A DNA stretch of 64,000 bases. Origin: Blepharisma stoltei ATCC 30299. Its lineage: Eukaryota > Protista > Ciliophora. The position numbers were made by a program, and so were the translations under genes. Location of the stretch: assembly GCA_965603825.1 (NCBI GenBank), contig CBFDEM010000030.1:248001-312000 (forward strand), in the 5' to 3' direction. Below, in pieces: positions 38,201 through 49,442 of this stretch; the first letter of the stretch is position 1, and each line of letters begins with the position of its first letter. The notes beneath the pieces are model-generated. The model searched no databases and was not told the origin of the DNA. It saw only the letters and a program-made list of their open reading frames with translations.

Positions 38201-40059
38201 GGTTAATATCTCAGAAAGACAACATGGATTCACAAAAGGAAAGTCATGCATGACTCAGATTTTTCTCTTAAAATCTACACTGGAATATCGTAAGTATTAC
38301 AGGATTGGAAAAGGTAGAGACTCATATATATTATTTGTTGATTTCTCAAAAGCTTATGACTCAGTTAATAGAATTAGACTATTAGAGAAAATTAAAGCAA
38401 AAAATATAAAAAATGATAGCTGAAAAATAATCTCACAAATGCTAAAAGGTGAACAAACTACACTTGTCATAAATGGGATTGAAACAGAAAAAATAAACAT
38501 AACAAGAGGTGTGAGACAAGGAAGTGCAATATCACCATTGTTATTTAATATATATATAGATGATATAGAAAAGGAAAATAATGACATCAATATAGAACTC
38601 CTCCCCAATCACCAATTAAAATCAAAAATCAATTTTCAATATGCGGATGATACAGCTTTTGTAATAGAAGATTGAAAAGACATTGAAAACATTTTAAATA
38701 AACTTGATAAATGATCAAAAGATAATGATATGAACTTGAATATAGGACCGGAAAAAACAGCAATAATGCCAATCATAACAAAAAATAGGAAAAATATTAT
38801 AAGTAAACTACCTAAAATATCATACCAAAATCATGAAATACCAGTTGTTGAAAAATATAAATATTTAGGCAAAATAATGAATGGAAATATAAGAGGTACA
38901 GGATTCGACCAAGCGCATTATAAAGACCTCAAAGATAAAGCAAAAATATCTACTTGCTCTCTAATCCCTATGATTAGAAGAATGCTTAACATCCCAAGTA
39001 AAACTCTTATAAACTGCTTCAAAGCAATATTCTTACCAAGATGCACATATGGTCTTGGAAATATGCTCAAGAATTAAATGCAAAACTGCAATTAAACAAA
39101 TTCAAAGATCATTCAATAAGATTATAAGAGAATGTTGCCATGTTTATGACAAAACACCTATTGAGCCCATATTACTTGATTTAAATATTCCAACAATACA
39201 ACAATATATTGACCAAAAATCATTGATATTTTTACAAAAAATTTTTGAATTAACACATATATCTGAGATTGCAACCCATTTCCTAAGAAATTTCGATAAT
39301 GCAATTATACCGACAATGAAAATCTACCAAGAGTTGCTTCAAAAATATAATTTTACAAAACCATTCGATTTTAATAACAACATGATTAGCTGAAATGACA
39401 AAAATTGAAAAGGAAATGTCAAAGATAAACTCAAAATCTATTGAAGAAACGAAAACATGAGCATAATAAATAAAAAAGTAACATTAAAGATGTTTAAAGA
39501 ATTAAGGAATCAAACTTTTACCACGAATAAACTCCCAAAATTCTGAATACTGAATAAAAACCTAATTACTGAAACAAGAATAAAGGCTGCTTGAAGATAT
39601 GGTGCTGGTCCATCTAAAGTATTAGTTCTATTGAGAAACAGAAATAATCAAGATAACACTTCGAATTTATGTGAATTATGTAAAGTCAAGGAAACAGATA
39701 AACATATTCTTAACGAATGCATAAAATATAAAAACGAAAGAATCAAATTTATACAAAGATTATAAGATATGATAGGCAGATATATTAACAATACAAGCAT
39801 ATACAATTGACTTATTTCAGATGTTACAGAATTAAAATTTTTAGAAGAATTAGGTGAAGAAAAATGAGAAAAGATTGACTTTTTAACAAAGATCACACTA
39901 AGAAGTATTGATGATAAATTGCGAACTAGCAGAGAAAACAGCAAACACAAGCATTTCTTTGAAATCCAAAATATTGAAGATGACCTCAAAAAAGAAAACA
40001 TATCTATTCATGATTTAAATTTTTGAAGACTCGTTAAAAGTGTAAGGCGTTTGAAATAG
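35210..40059 (+). pseudogene. Retrotransposon polyprotein (ORF1-like + APE + RT + ZnF) with 2 frameshifts and 1 premature TAA
   Basis: Frameshift plus deletion near 37165, +1 frameshift near 39057, TAA 39763-39765, terminal TAG 40057-40059. Confidence 0.85.
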
Positions 40060-40076
40060 TACGCCAATAATTAATT

Positions 40077-40109
40077 TAATCCTAATCCTAATCCAAATCC
40101 ATGCTTACT
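40077..40109 (+). repeat. (TAATCC)3-AAATCC 3' tail overlapping the right TSD
   Basis: Hexamer repeats start 18 nt after the element stop codon and are followed by the TSD. Confidence 0.85.
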
Positions 40110-40492
40110 TACTTAATTACTTATAGAAAAACTCCCTGAAGCTCCAAAGGTTTATTTTCATCCATATCACTTCACCGCTTTCCTTGCCAGTAGGGAAATA
40201 CCCTTTTGCACATTACTCCTTATTGATATAGGCTTGAAATTGATGTCTGAGAGTTTGAGACGCTTGACACCATCTGTGCGCTAACAGGGCTAGCTTCCTG
40301 AAATCAGATATAGCTTGGGTTGGTCAACCCGATGTTGCTGCGCCACCGTATTGGCAAGAGTCTGCCAATGAACAATCCTAGGGTAAATTAAATTTAATTT
40401 GTACTTGGCTATTATTCATTTTGATTGCGTTCTATTTATAAAGATATAATAAGTTTGCTTCAATTCGCTTCGGGGAAAAATAATAAATATAT

Positions 40493-43366
40493 ATGGCAGA
40501 AGTATCATGCACTTTTCTGAACTGCTCAAACCCTGGAGAGTATGAATGCAGTTGCGTAACACCAAAAGCAATTATGTGCAGTAATCACCTAACCCCTCAT
40601 TGTCTGAGTAGCTATGGGCACAATCTAATTGTTATTAAAAATCCTGAGCCTCCAAAGCTTGACGAAAGTTCAAAAAGAATTATAGTAAACCACTTGGCGA
40701 GTATTAATACTGAAATATCAGCAAAAATAGGAGTATTGATTGCTAAGACAACAAAACACATAAATGAAATGAAAACTAACATGGGATTGCTAATTGAAGA
40801 AAATAGAATATCTACAGAAAAATATAGAGAAATCGTAAATTTTATTTGTAGATCTTCAGTTTTCCCTGAGCATTATCAGCAATTAAATATAGATCTACTT
40901 TCTAATCAAAGTGACTGCAGGGATTTAATGCAAAATACAAACTTTCCATTTTATGACTCTGTTTATCAAGAAATAAAGAAATTCGAAAATTTTATTGGAA
41001 ATACTGAACAAAGAGAACCTTCTTATATAGAAAAGATTCCACAATTAACAAATAAAAACAGACTAGAAAATAATTTAATTGAAAAATCACCTGATGATTC
41101 AATACACACTCCAGATTCAATGAAAACAGAATTGGGAAGCGAGCAATTAAAACAAGAAAATAAAAAACTGTTAGAAAAAATTAGACAATTGGAAGAAAGA
41201 ATTAATAGAAAAAGTTCAGATATTAACGAACTGCACAGGGATCTTGCTGTTGCTCAGAAGGAAATAGACCAGAAAACTCATGAAAAGAATTATATATTGG
41301 ATCAATTTGAAAGCTTCAAGATGAAATTCAGAGATTTTGGGATTCATAAAGAAAAAGAAGACAAAAGGCTGAATGAGGAAATAGAAAAATTACAAAAAGA
41401 AGTTTACTTAAAGGACAAGGATAATCAATCACTAAAGGAGAAATTGGGTAAAATTGAGGAAGAATTGAAACTAAGAAATAGCGATAAAGACATATTTAAG
41501 AAAAATGCTGAAGAAAAGCCAAAAGATGAGTCTGCACAAGAAAATAGAGAAAAACATATTGATAAATACAAAAAATCAGTAGATACTAAAAGCTGAGATA
41601 AAGAAGTAGTAGAACCTCCAAGAAAATCCAATAAAGCAAATACAACTGATAGCTGGGATGAAAGCAATGAAAAGATTAAAAAGCTTACAATACCACAGCT
41701 AGCTGGAGATGCATGAAAAGAGATAAAAACTCCTCAAAAGCACTCAAATCAGACATTTAACGAAAAATCTCAAACAACTGAGTCCTGGGATGGAAAGGAT
41801 GAAAATTCAAAACAGCCAAAAGATCTAAAAAAAGCTGAAGATCCATGAAGTGAAGCAGATGATTCTAAAAGGCACTCGCATTCACGATCAAAAGAAAAAT
41901 CACATGTTACTGAAATTAGGGATAGAAAAAATGAAAGTTCAAAAAAGCCTATAGATCCAAAAGTAGCTGAAGATGCATGGAATGAAGCAGAAGCTTCTAG
42001 ACACTCGCATTCACGATCAAAAGAAAAATCACATACAACTCTCAGTTGGGATAGGAAGTACGAAAGTCCCAAAAAGCCTATAGACCCAAAAGCAGCTGAA
42101 GATGCATGGAATGAAGCAGAAGCTTCTCAAAAGCACTCGCACTCACATTCAAAAGAAAAATCACATACAACTAGCAGTTGGGATAGAAAATATGAAACTC
42201 CCAAAAAGCCTATGGACCCAAAAGCAGCTGAAGATGCATGGAATGAAGCAGAAGCTTCTCAAAAGCACTCTAGCTCTCGCGAAAATAAAAAATCACATAC
42301 TACAGAGAGTTGAGATAGTTGAGCTGAAAATGCACCAAATGAATTGAAAGATTCTAAAAGGGACTCTCATTCACGATCAAGAGAAAAATCACACACAACT
42401 GACAGTTGGGGCAGTAAGAATGAAGAAGCAAAAAAGCCTACAAATTCTCGATGAACAAGAGACACCGACGTAGAAATTCCGAAAAAGCATTCTGATTCAA
42501 AGTCGAGTAATAAATATGATCATTATGACAGCCCGAGAAAAATTCCAAAACTAAATAGCAATAATGAATGAAAATGCAAAAGTATTTTCCCAGGTACAAA
42601 AACAGCTTATTTTAGAGAAAAATCCAAAATCTTAAGAACAAAAAATCTCAACGAGTTAAAAGAAACAGAAATCGTCACAACATATGAAGATCATGAGCTC
42701 TCAGGTTTACCAGAGCTCATAAGCACTTATATTGCTATGTGCCAAACATCTAGCGAGGTCATTTTTTGCTATGGGAATCTTTATAATGGACATGCAACTG
42801 GGATTACTTTTATAATAGAAAAAGATTTTTCTTTAATAATGAGAGATTATGGAAGACCCTGCTTTCATACAAGTGTCTGCTATTATAAAGGCTCAGTCTA
42901 TGCTTTTGGAGGATCTAATGATGATGGAAAAACTAAAGAAGCCTCAAGATTTTCATTTAATAGTAACACTTGAAAGCCTATAGCTGATTTGCCAGAGGTT
43001 TCTAATTTTTGCACAACACTAGCTTATGAAGATAAAATCTATATAGCTGGGCCATCTCTTTCTAAAATTTATATTTATGATCCACATCATGACACATACG
43101 ATATCGTGAAAGAGTTTCTTGAAAGAGAAAAACCAAAATTATTATTGTCTCTTTATAATAAGATTTATTTATTGCAAAGCGAAGGTGATTTATTAGTGTA
43201 TGATGGAAAATGGAATAGAGCTAGAAATACAACTGAGCTATTCTCAAAAAATCCTTCTTCATTTAGAACTATTTATAGAACGAATATTTATTTCACTTGT
43301 GGAGATGCAAGATATTACAAATTTAACTCGAATGGCGAACTTGGGCATGCTTTTGATTGGATTTAA
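40493..43366 (+). CDS. B-box-like ZnF-coiled coil-Trp repeat-Kelch propeller protein
   Basis: Single frame with TGA=Trp; C..C..CSC..C..H..H..H; Kelch (FCYGN, VYAFGG, W..). Confidence 0.85.
41594..42420 (+). repeat. Intragenic tandem repeat, ~132 bp / 44 aa, 5 full units plus degenerate flanks
   Basis: Unit anchors GCTGAAGAT/GCTGGAGAT at 41702, 41834, 41966, 42095 and 42227; truncated unit at 42323. Confidence 0.9.
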
Positions 43367-43443
43367 TAGTTTATTAATAAAATAAATATTGAATGTAAAG
43401 ATTATTTTAAAATTCATGTGTGCTATATTAATAAAATGCTAAG

Positions 43444-43635
43444 CTATTTTGTCTCCTTTATCTTTTCACTTGCTTCGTTTTCAGCTATTTTGATCAAAAT
43501 TTGAGAGCTTAGCTCAGTGTTTTGAGCTCAGGCATGCTTTATTTCTTCTTCATCATATTTAGCTGCGAATTCTTGGTAAGTTGCTCTCCACTCATCTTCT
43601 GGAATCCGCTTAAAAAAACCTTTTATCTCATTCAT
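43444..43635 (-). CDS. Hypothetical 63-aa protein
   Basis: MNEIKGFFKRIPEDEWRATYQEFAAKYDEEEIKHA(W)AQ...; protein-like composition, no recognisable domain. Confidence 0.35.
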
Positions 43636-44038
43636 TTTATTACATTCAATTTTTATATATTTTCTTTTAAATACATGAATTCCTTTGTTTTGATAGTCGA
43701 AGCTATTAGAAAATTATTGACTATAAAAATTATTATGATAAATTGGAATTTAAGATATTTTAATTTTAGACTTATGAAAGACTCCAAGATATTGATTATA
43801 ATAAATTAAGGCTGTCGTTTTACTTGTGGAGCAGAAGACATATGCTATATCATATTCATTACAAAATTGTAAAATGTAATTGAGATATCCTTTGTGTTGC
43901 AACCACCTCATAAGTCGGATGCAATGACAACCTCTCATAATATGAATATACCAAATATATAATTTATATACCTATAGATTAGCATGTGAAAGCCAGGTTC
44001 AAAAATCCCAACAACTATATACTTATTAAAATAATAAA

Positions 44039-45750
44039 ATGTCTTTTAGTTGCTTAAAATGCTTTATCGATGGCTGTGTGAATTGCCCCATATTACTCTG
44101 CAGATGCAAAGACCCCGCAGCATTTTTTTGTGAAGAGCATTTTACACCTCACATCTTAGATGAACTACGCCTAGAGCATCATTCAGAAAGAATTTCAATA
44201 GAAATGAAATCTGTAGAACTAAGGAAAATTTTAACCGCGAAAATCAATAAAATCAGAAATAGAAAGAGCGAATTTATATCAAATTTGCATAGTTTTAAGC
44301 TTTATTTATTTGTATTATAGACAAATATTTTAATAAAATAAAATAAATAAGTAGATTTAAAAAAAAATATAAATTATGGCGACATTTTTTATTGAAAATT
44401 TGTATATAAAAGTATATGAAGCTGATAAATAAGAAGTTTGATGAGATTTTAAACAAATTTGAGTATATTGAAAGAAATTACAGCAATTTATATAACAATG
44501 CCATTCAGAGTGATGAGATATCTGTTTCTGAAGTCATTAATGAAATTGAAAATAATATAGAAAACCAATCGAATGATTTAGAAGATATCATAACTAATTT
44601 TGCTTCAAAATTAAATCTTGAAGATAAAAACATTGAAAAGCAGCTAGAAAATCAGCAACAAGAATTCCAATGCTTCATTAATAAACTCATAAGAAAATGT
44701 AACGGTATCTTTCAAGGTTTTTTAATTAAGGACAATATTAATTATGCAGATAATGACCAATGCTTCATCATTGAACAGAATATAGACCAGCTTTATACTC
44801 AGTTAAGAAATCTCCAAAATTATTCTGAAAATTTAAAACAAGAAAATAAGCATCTTAAAGAAGAAAATGAATCATTAAAGCTCAAAATAGAAGATTCCGA
44901 AAATAATTATAACTGTAATACAGCTGATACTTGCAGAAAAAGAGTAAAAACTTCAGATAGATGAACTCCAAATAGCAGTGTTTTTGATTCTGATTCAATA
45001 TATCATTTTACAAATAATTCGAAGTTTTTGAATAAGCTAAATATTAATTTAGGTGAGACCAATATCATAGAATTAAATGTACCCGAAAAATTGTCATACT
45101 CTACAGCATATTGTCTACTTCCTGATGATAAAATATTTTGCTATGGAAATTATAGAGAAGATGGCAGATATTCTGGAATTGCTTTTATTATAAACAAAGA
45201 CTATAGCGTAGACATACTTGAAGCTTTTGCTCCTTGTGCACATTCAGGTTGTGCATATTTTAATGGTTATGTATTTGTTTTTGGAGGGAAAAATAGTCAT
45301 GGCGATTTAAATATTGCAGCAAAATATTCCCTAAAAGATAGGATTTGGGAAAGATTGCGAAACCTTCCAGTTCCTTCTCATGGATGCTCAGTTGCTCACT
45401 TTAATAAAGATTTTTATATATCAGGAATTAATCATACAACCATATATGCATATAATTTAGAAAATAATGCTTATGCTGAAAGAGATATAAAGTTCCAAGT
45501 TGGAGTACCAAGGATCATATGCTGTTTTACATTTGTAATTACAATTTGTGACTCTAATAATAATCGCTATATATCAAGAGATGGGAGAAATTGAAAAGAT
45601 AAAAAAGTATCAGGATTTCCAAATATAATTCCTTCATCATATAAAATCCGATATAAAGAGCTGTTGTATTTTTGCTGTGAAAATTCTTATTACAAATACA
45701 ATCCAAAAGCAAAGGATAAAATCAAGCAAATAGCAAAATTAATTTATTAA
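44039..45750 (+). CDS. B-box-like ZnF-coiled coil-Kelch protein, interrupted by an IES-like insert
   Basis: Collinear close paralog of 45804-47393, apart from an AT-rich insert at 44296-44416. Confidence 0.8.
44296..44416. other. Putative retained TA-bounded internal eliminated sequence (119 bp)
   Basis: TA at both ends, very AT-rich; excision leaving one TA restores the frame and a gap-free alignment to the paralog. Confidence 0.65.
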
Positions 45751-45803
45751 AGAACGTTAAATTTATTATTTTTATTTCAAAATTTCTACATATTATATTA
45801 ATT

Positions 45804-47393
45804 ATGTCAAGCAGTTGTTTAAAATGCTTCGCTGAGAATTGCCCAAATTTTCCTGAATTTCTCTGCAAATGTGAAGGCCAAACTACACTTATATGTGACG
45901 ATCATGTTAGAAATCACTGCCTAACTGATTCATCTCACCAACTGTCAGCAATTCCTACAAAAATGAAATCTGAAGAATTAAGAAAATCATTGAGTGATAA
46001 AATCAATGAAACCAAAACAAGGAAGCACGAACTGACAGAAATTGTTTTTTCTTATATTAGGCAGTTAATTGAAAAAGCCAATGAAATTACAGAAAAGTGC
46101 AATAATCTTGAAGCAAACTACAATAATTTATATAATAGAGAAATTCAAAGTGAAGAAATTGCTGTTTCACCTATTTCAATTATTAATCAAATTGAAATAG
46201 ATATGAAAGAGCAATCAAATGACTTAGAAAATACTATTTCTAATTTTACCTCAAATTTAAAGTTTGAAGCTAAAAATGACATTAAAGCTAGACTAGAAAA
46301 CCAGGAAAAAGAATTTCAAAATGGCTTAAATAAACTGTATTCAGCATGTAATGAAACCTTGCAGAGGCTTTTTATTGAGGATAACACAGTAATTGCGGAC
46401 CAAAATCCTTTTTCTGTAATTGAGAGTAAAATAAACCTACTCTATAATAGGTTTGTAATTATCCAAAATTTCAATGAAGAATTAAAAATAAAAAACTCAG
46501 AACTTGATCGAGAAAATGTCTCATTAAAAGTCAAAATAGAAAGCTCAGAGAATAATTCTGAATGCAAAACTGCTGAAAGTCCTAAAAAAAGACAAAAATC
46601 TTCTGAAACTAGAGTTCCAAATAGCAGCATAGCAGAATCTGATACCATAATTTCTTTTACAGAAAATTCAAAAATTTTAAATAAGTTTAATATTCAGACA
46701 AAAGCTAAAGAACAAGTTGTTTTAGATATCCCAGAAAACATGACAAAATATACAGCATGCTGTCAACTGCCTGATGGTAAAATATTTTGCTATGGGAATT
46801 ACCTAGAAGATAGAAGCTATTCTGGAATAGCTTTTATTGTAGATAAAAATCATCAGATAGAATTGCTTCCAGAATTTATGCAATGTGCTTATTCGAGCTG
46901 TGCTTATTTTGAAGGAAGGGTATTTATTTTTGGAGGGAAAAATTGAGAGGGAGATTTAGCAATTGCTGCAAAATATTCGATTGCAGAAAAAACATGATTC
47001 GGATTGATGAATCTTCCAGTAGCTTCTCATGGATGCTCAGTTGTGTATTATAATAAGGATTTTTATATTTCTGGGATTAATCATGATACACTATATGCTT
47101 ATAATATAGAAGGTAACAATTATACTCGAAGAGATATAAGATTCAAAGTTGGAGTCCCTCGAATAATAATGTGCTTAAAATATATAATTTTTATTTGTGA
47201 CTCTGAAGAAAATTATTTCCAGTCTAATGTGGGAAAAGATTGGATGCAAGGGAAAGTGGCAGGATTTCCAAATATAATTCCATCATCATATAAAACTAGA
47301 AACGAAGCTACAATGCTGTTTTGCTGTGAGAACCGCTATTATATTTTTAACTCCAAAGCAAAGGAAAAAATCAAGTGTATAGCGTCACAATAA
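45804..47393 (+). CDS. B-box-like ZnF-coiled coil-Kelch protein
   Basis: CLKC..C..CKC..C..H..H..H, coiled coil, SPKKRQK, Kelch (IFCYGN, VFIFGG). Confidence 0.85.
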
Positions 47394-47843
47394 TATTAAT
47401 TGCATTTTAATATAAATCTAGTTTTCTTTTTGAAATAAGTTAATTTTTAGATCATAATGCTTATTAAAAAAAACTGAATTCATCTTTATTATTTATAGTC
47501 AAGATTCAACAGGATTTCACTATAGAAAAGTAAATTTAATACAAAGAATTGAATCAACTTTATTTCCTATAATCATGTTGGGCCGAATGGCCATTAAATA
47601 TAAAAAACTTTTCGTGAAACTATAAGATTTTCTCTAACTGAATATGATTATTTCATAAAAAATTATATTTTCAATTACGCATAATTTGAAGATTCAATCA
47701 ATGAGTTTTAATATTTCAAATATTTTAGCATGCTTTCCTGAAATTTCTTTATTTTTCCTCTTATTTCTATCGATATTTTTAAGATTTCTATTGTTTTAGC
47801 AAATATCTATAAAATTTTTATAGCTTTTATAATTTAGAAAAAG

Positions 47844-49376
47844 ATGAAAAATAGCCATATAAAGGTTGAGCCTTCTCCAGATATAAACCAGTTCGAAATA
47901 TCTTCATACATCAACGGAAAAAGAGCAGAAATTTCAGACATTACATCAAAAGTAATTACCAAAACATTGGAGAAAATTGAGAAGCTTAAACACAGCCTAA
48001 ATTTCATAAAAACAACATCAAAGAACATTGATAAAATATATAAGAATATAGATGATGGTATAACTGATGATTCAATAATGATCGGAGAAAGGTGAATTTT
48101 ATATAATATTGAATGCGAAAGTGTTGAAAATCTATACGAAATCATTAATGAAGAAGTGGAAAGTAAAATGCTAAAATTGAATAAGTCTATTAATAATTTA
48201 TATAAATGAATTGAAGAGCCCTCTGATAGGCAAGCAAACCCTGCACAAATTCCAATTAAAAGAATGAAAGAAGAGATAAGTGATGGAAATTTGTCTAAAA
48301 TTGAGAATCCTAGGAAAAAAATCAAAATTGAAGAAAAAGGAACGAAGAATCCTGAAAAAAAAATCAAAATTGAAGAAAAAATTACTAAGAATTCACAACT
48401 AAATCCTACAAGTAGTGGCATTACAGGGAAAAATAATACACTTTCAGTGAAATCTGAAATAAAAAAGGAGGAAAATGGATTCGAAGAAGAAACCAAGCAT
48501 GAATTACCAAAAGAAATAAATTTTGGATTAAAAAGAAACGAAAATAATCAGTTTTCCACTCAAGATGTATCTCAAAAGTCCCAGAAAGCAAGCTTTTTTG
48601 AATCAGATAAATTATTATTTTTCAATAATAAAAACCTCGGGATCTATTATTTATCAGATAACGAAATAAAAGTTTCAAAAATAGATTTGGGAGAAAATAT
48701 TAATAAATTTACATCAATGTGTGCAATTCCAGATGAAAAGGTCTTTTGCTATGGAAATTGTTTTAATGGCATTTTTTCAGGAATAGCTTTTGAAATTTCA
48801 TTCAATTACGGAGCAATTGATAAAATAAGAAACCTAAAATCAGGTTATCCATGCTTAGGGGCAGGAATAGCTTATAATAATAATTATATATATGCATTTG
48901 GTGGTTCAGATTCAGATGGAGAAATAGCTTATGCTCGAAAATACTCGCTTAATGACAATTGCTGAACCGATATTGCTATGCTACCACAAACTTCTTATCG
49001 TTATTCTTGCTTTGGGTATGGCAATAGAATATTTTTATCAGGAAAAAATTATAAAAATCTATATTGCTATTTTATTTCTAAAAATATCTATACTGTAGTG
49101 CTTAGCCAGCTTGATGAAGAAAGGACTAAAATTGTTTTTGCTCATCAATCAAGAATATTTATTATTCAATGGGGAGGGAAAATATATTCTTCGAAAAGTG
49201 GAAATGTATGGGAGAGTTTTGGTAAATGTACCTACGGCGGCAATGAGAATTTACTTTCTTATCAAATAATATCGAAAAAGTCTGTCTTTTTTTCCTGTGG
49301 TACCAAAATTTATAAATTCTGCTTAGGTTCTCGAAGTATTAAAGAGCAAATTGAAGTTTCAGCTTATTTAATCTAA
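47844..49376 (+). CDS. Kelch protein of the same family, lacking the N-terminal ZnF
   Basis: One frame with TGA=Trp; VFCYGN, IYAFGG; duplicated NP(R/E)KKIKIEEK. Confidence 0.75.
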
Positions 49377-49442
49377 AAATTTACTTTTAAAAATTTGCAT
49401 ATAATTAATTCATAATCCCCCTATAAAAATATCAAGCAAATA

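Larger units (their letters stand above)
35187..40109 (+). mobile_element. Non-LTR retrotransposon (APE endonuclease-RT-ZnF LINE), degenerate copy, coordinates include TSDs
   Basis: APE motifs (FINISG, AET(W), GGTG, IYAP, IDYI), RT motifs (KAPGPD, YRPITL, QHGF, DFSKAYD, GVRQGSAISP, YADD), CCHC finger CELC..HILNEC, direct repeat CCATGCTTACT at both ends, TAATCC tail. Confidence 0.95.

Noticed and set aside
40077-40100. TAATCC repeats as a telomere
   Set aside because: Internal, only four units, and positioned as the LINE tail before the TSD.
40260-40300. Telomerase RNA template (CTAACA)
   Set aside because: Only a partial match; no 1.5-copy template of the telomere repeat.
41594-42420. CRISPR-like repeat array
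   Set aside because: Units are contiguous, multiples of 3, coding, and have no unique spacers.
47834-48496. 220-aa antisense ORF and similar hydrophobic shadow ORFs
   Set aside because: Antisense shadows of K/E-rich coding sequence.
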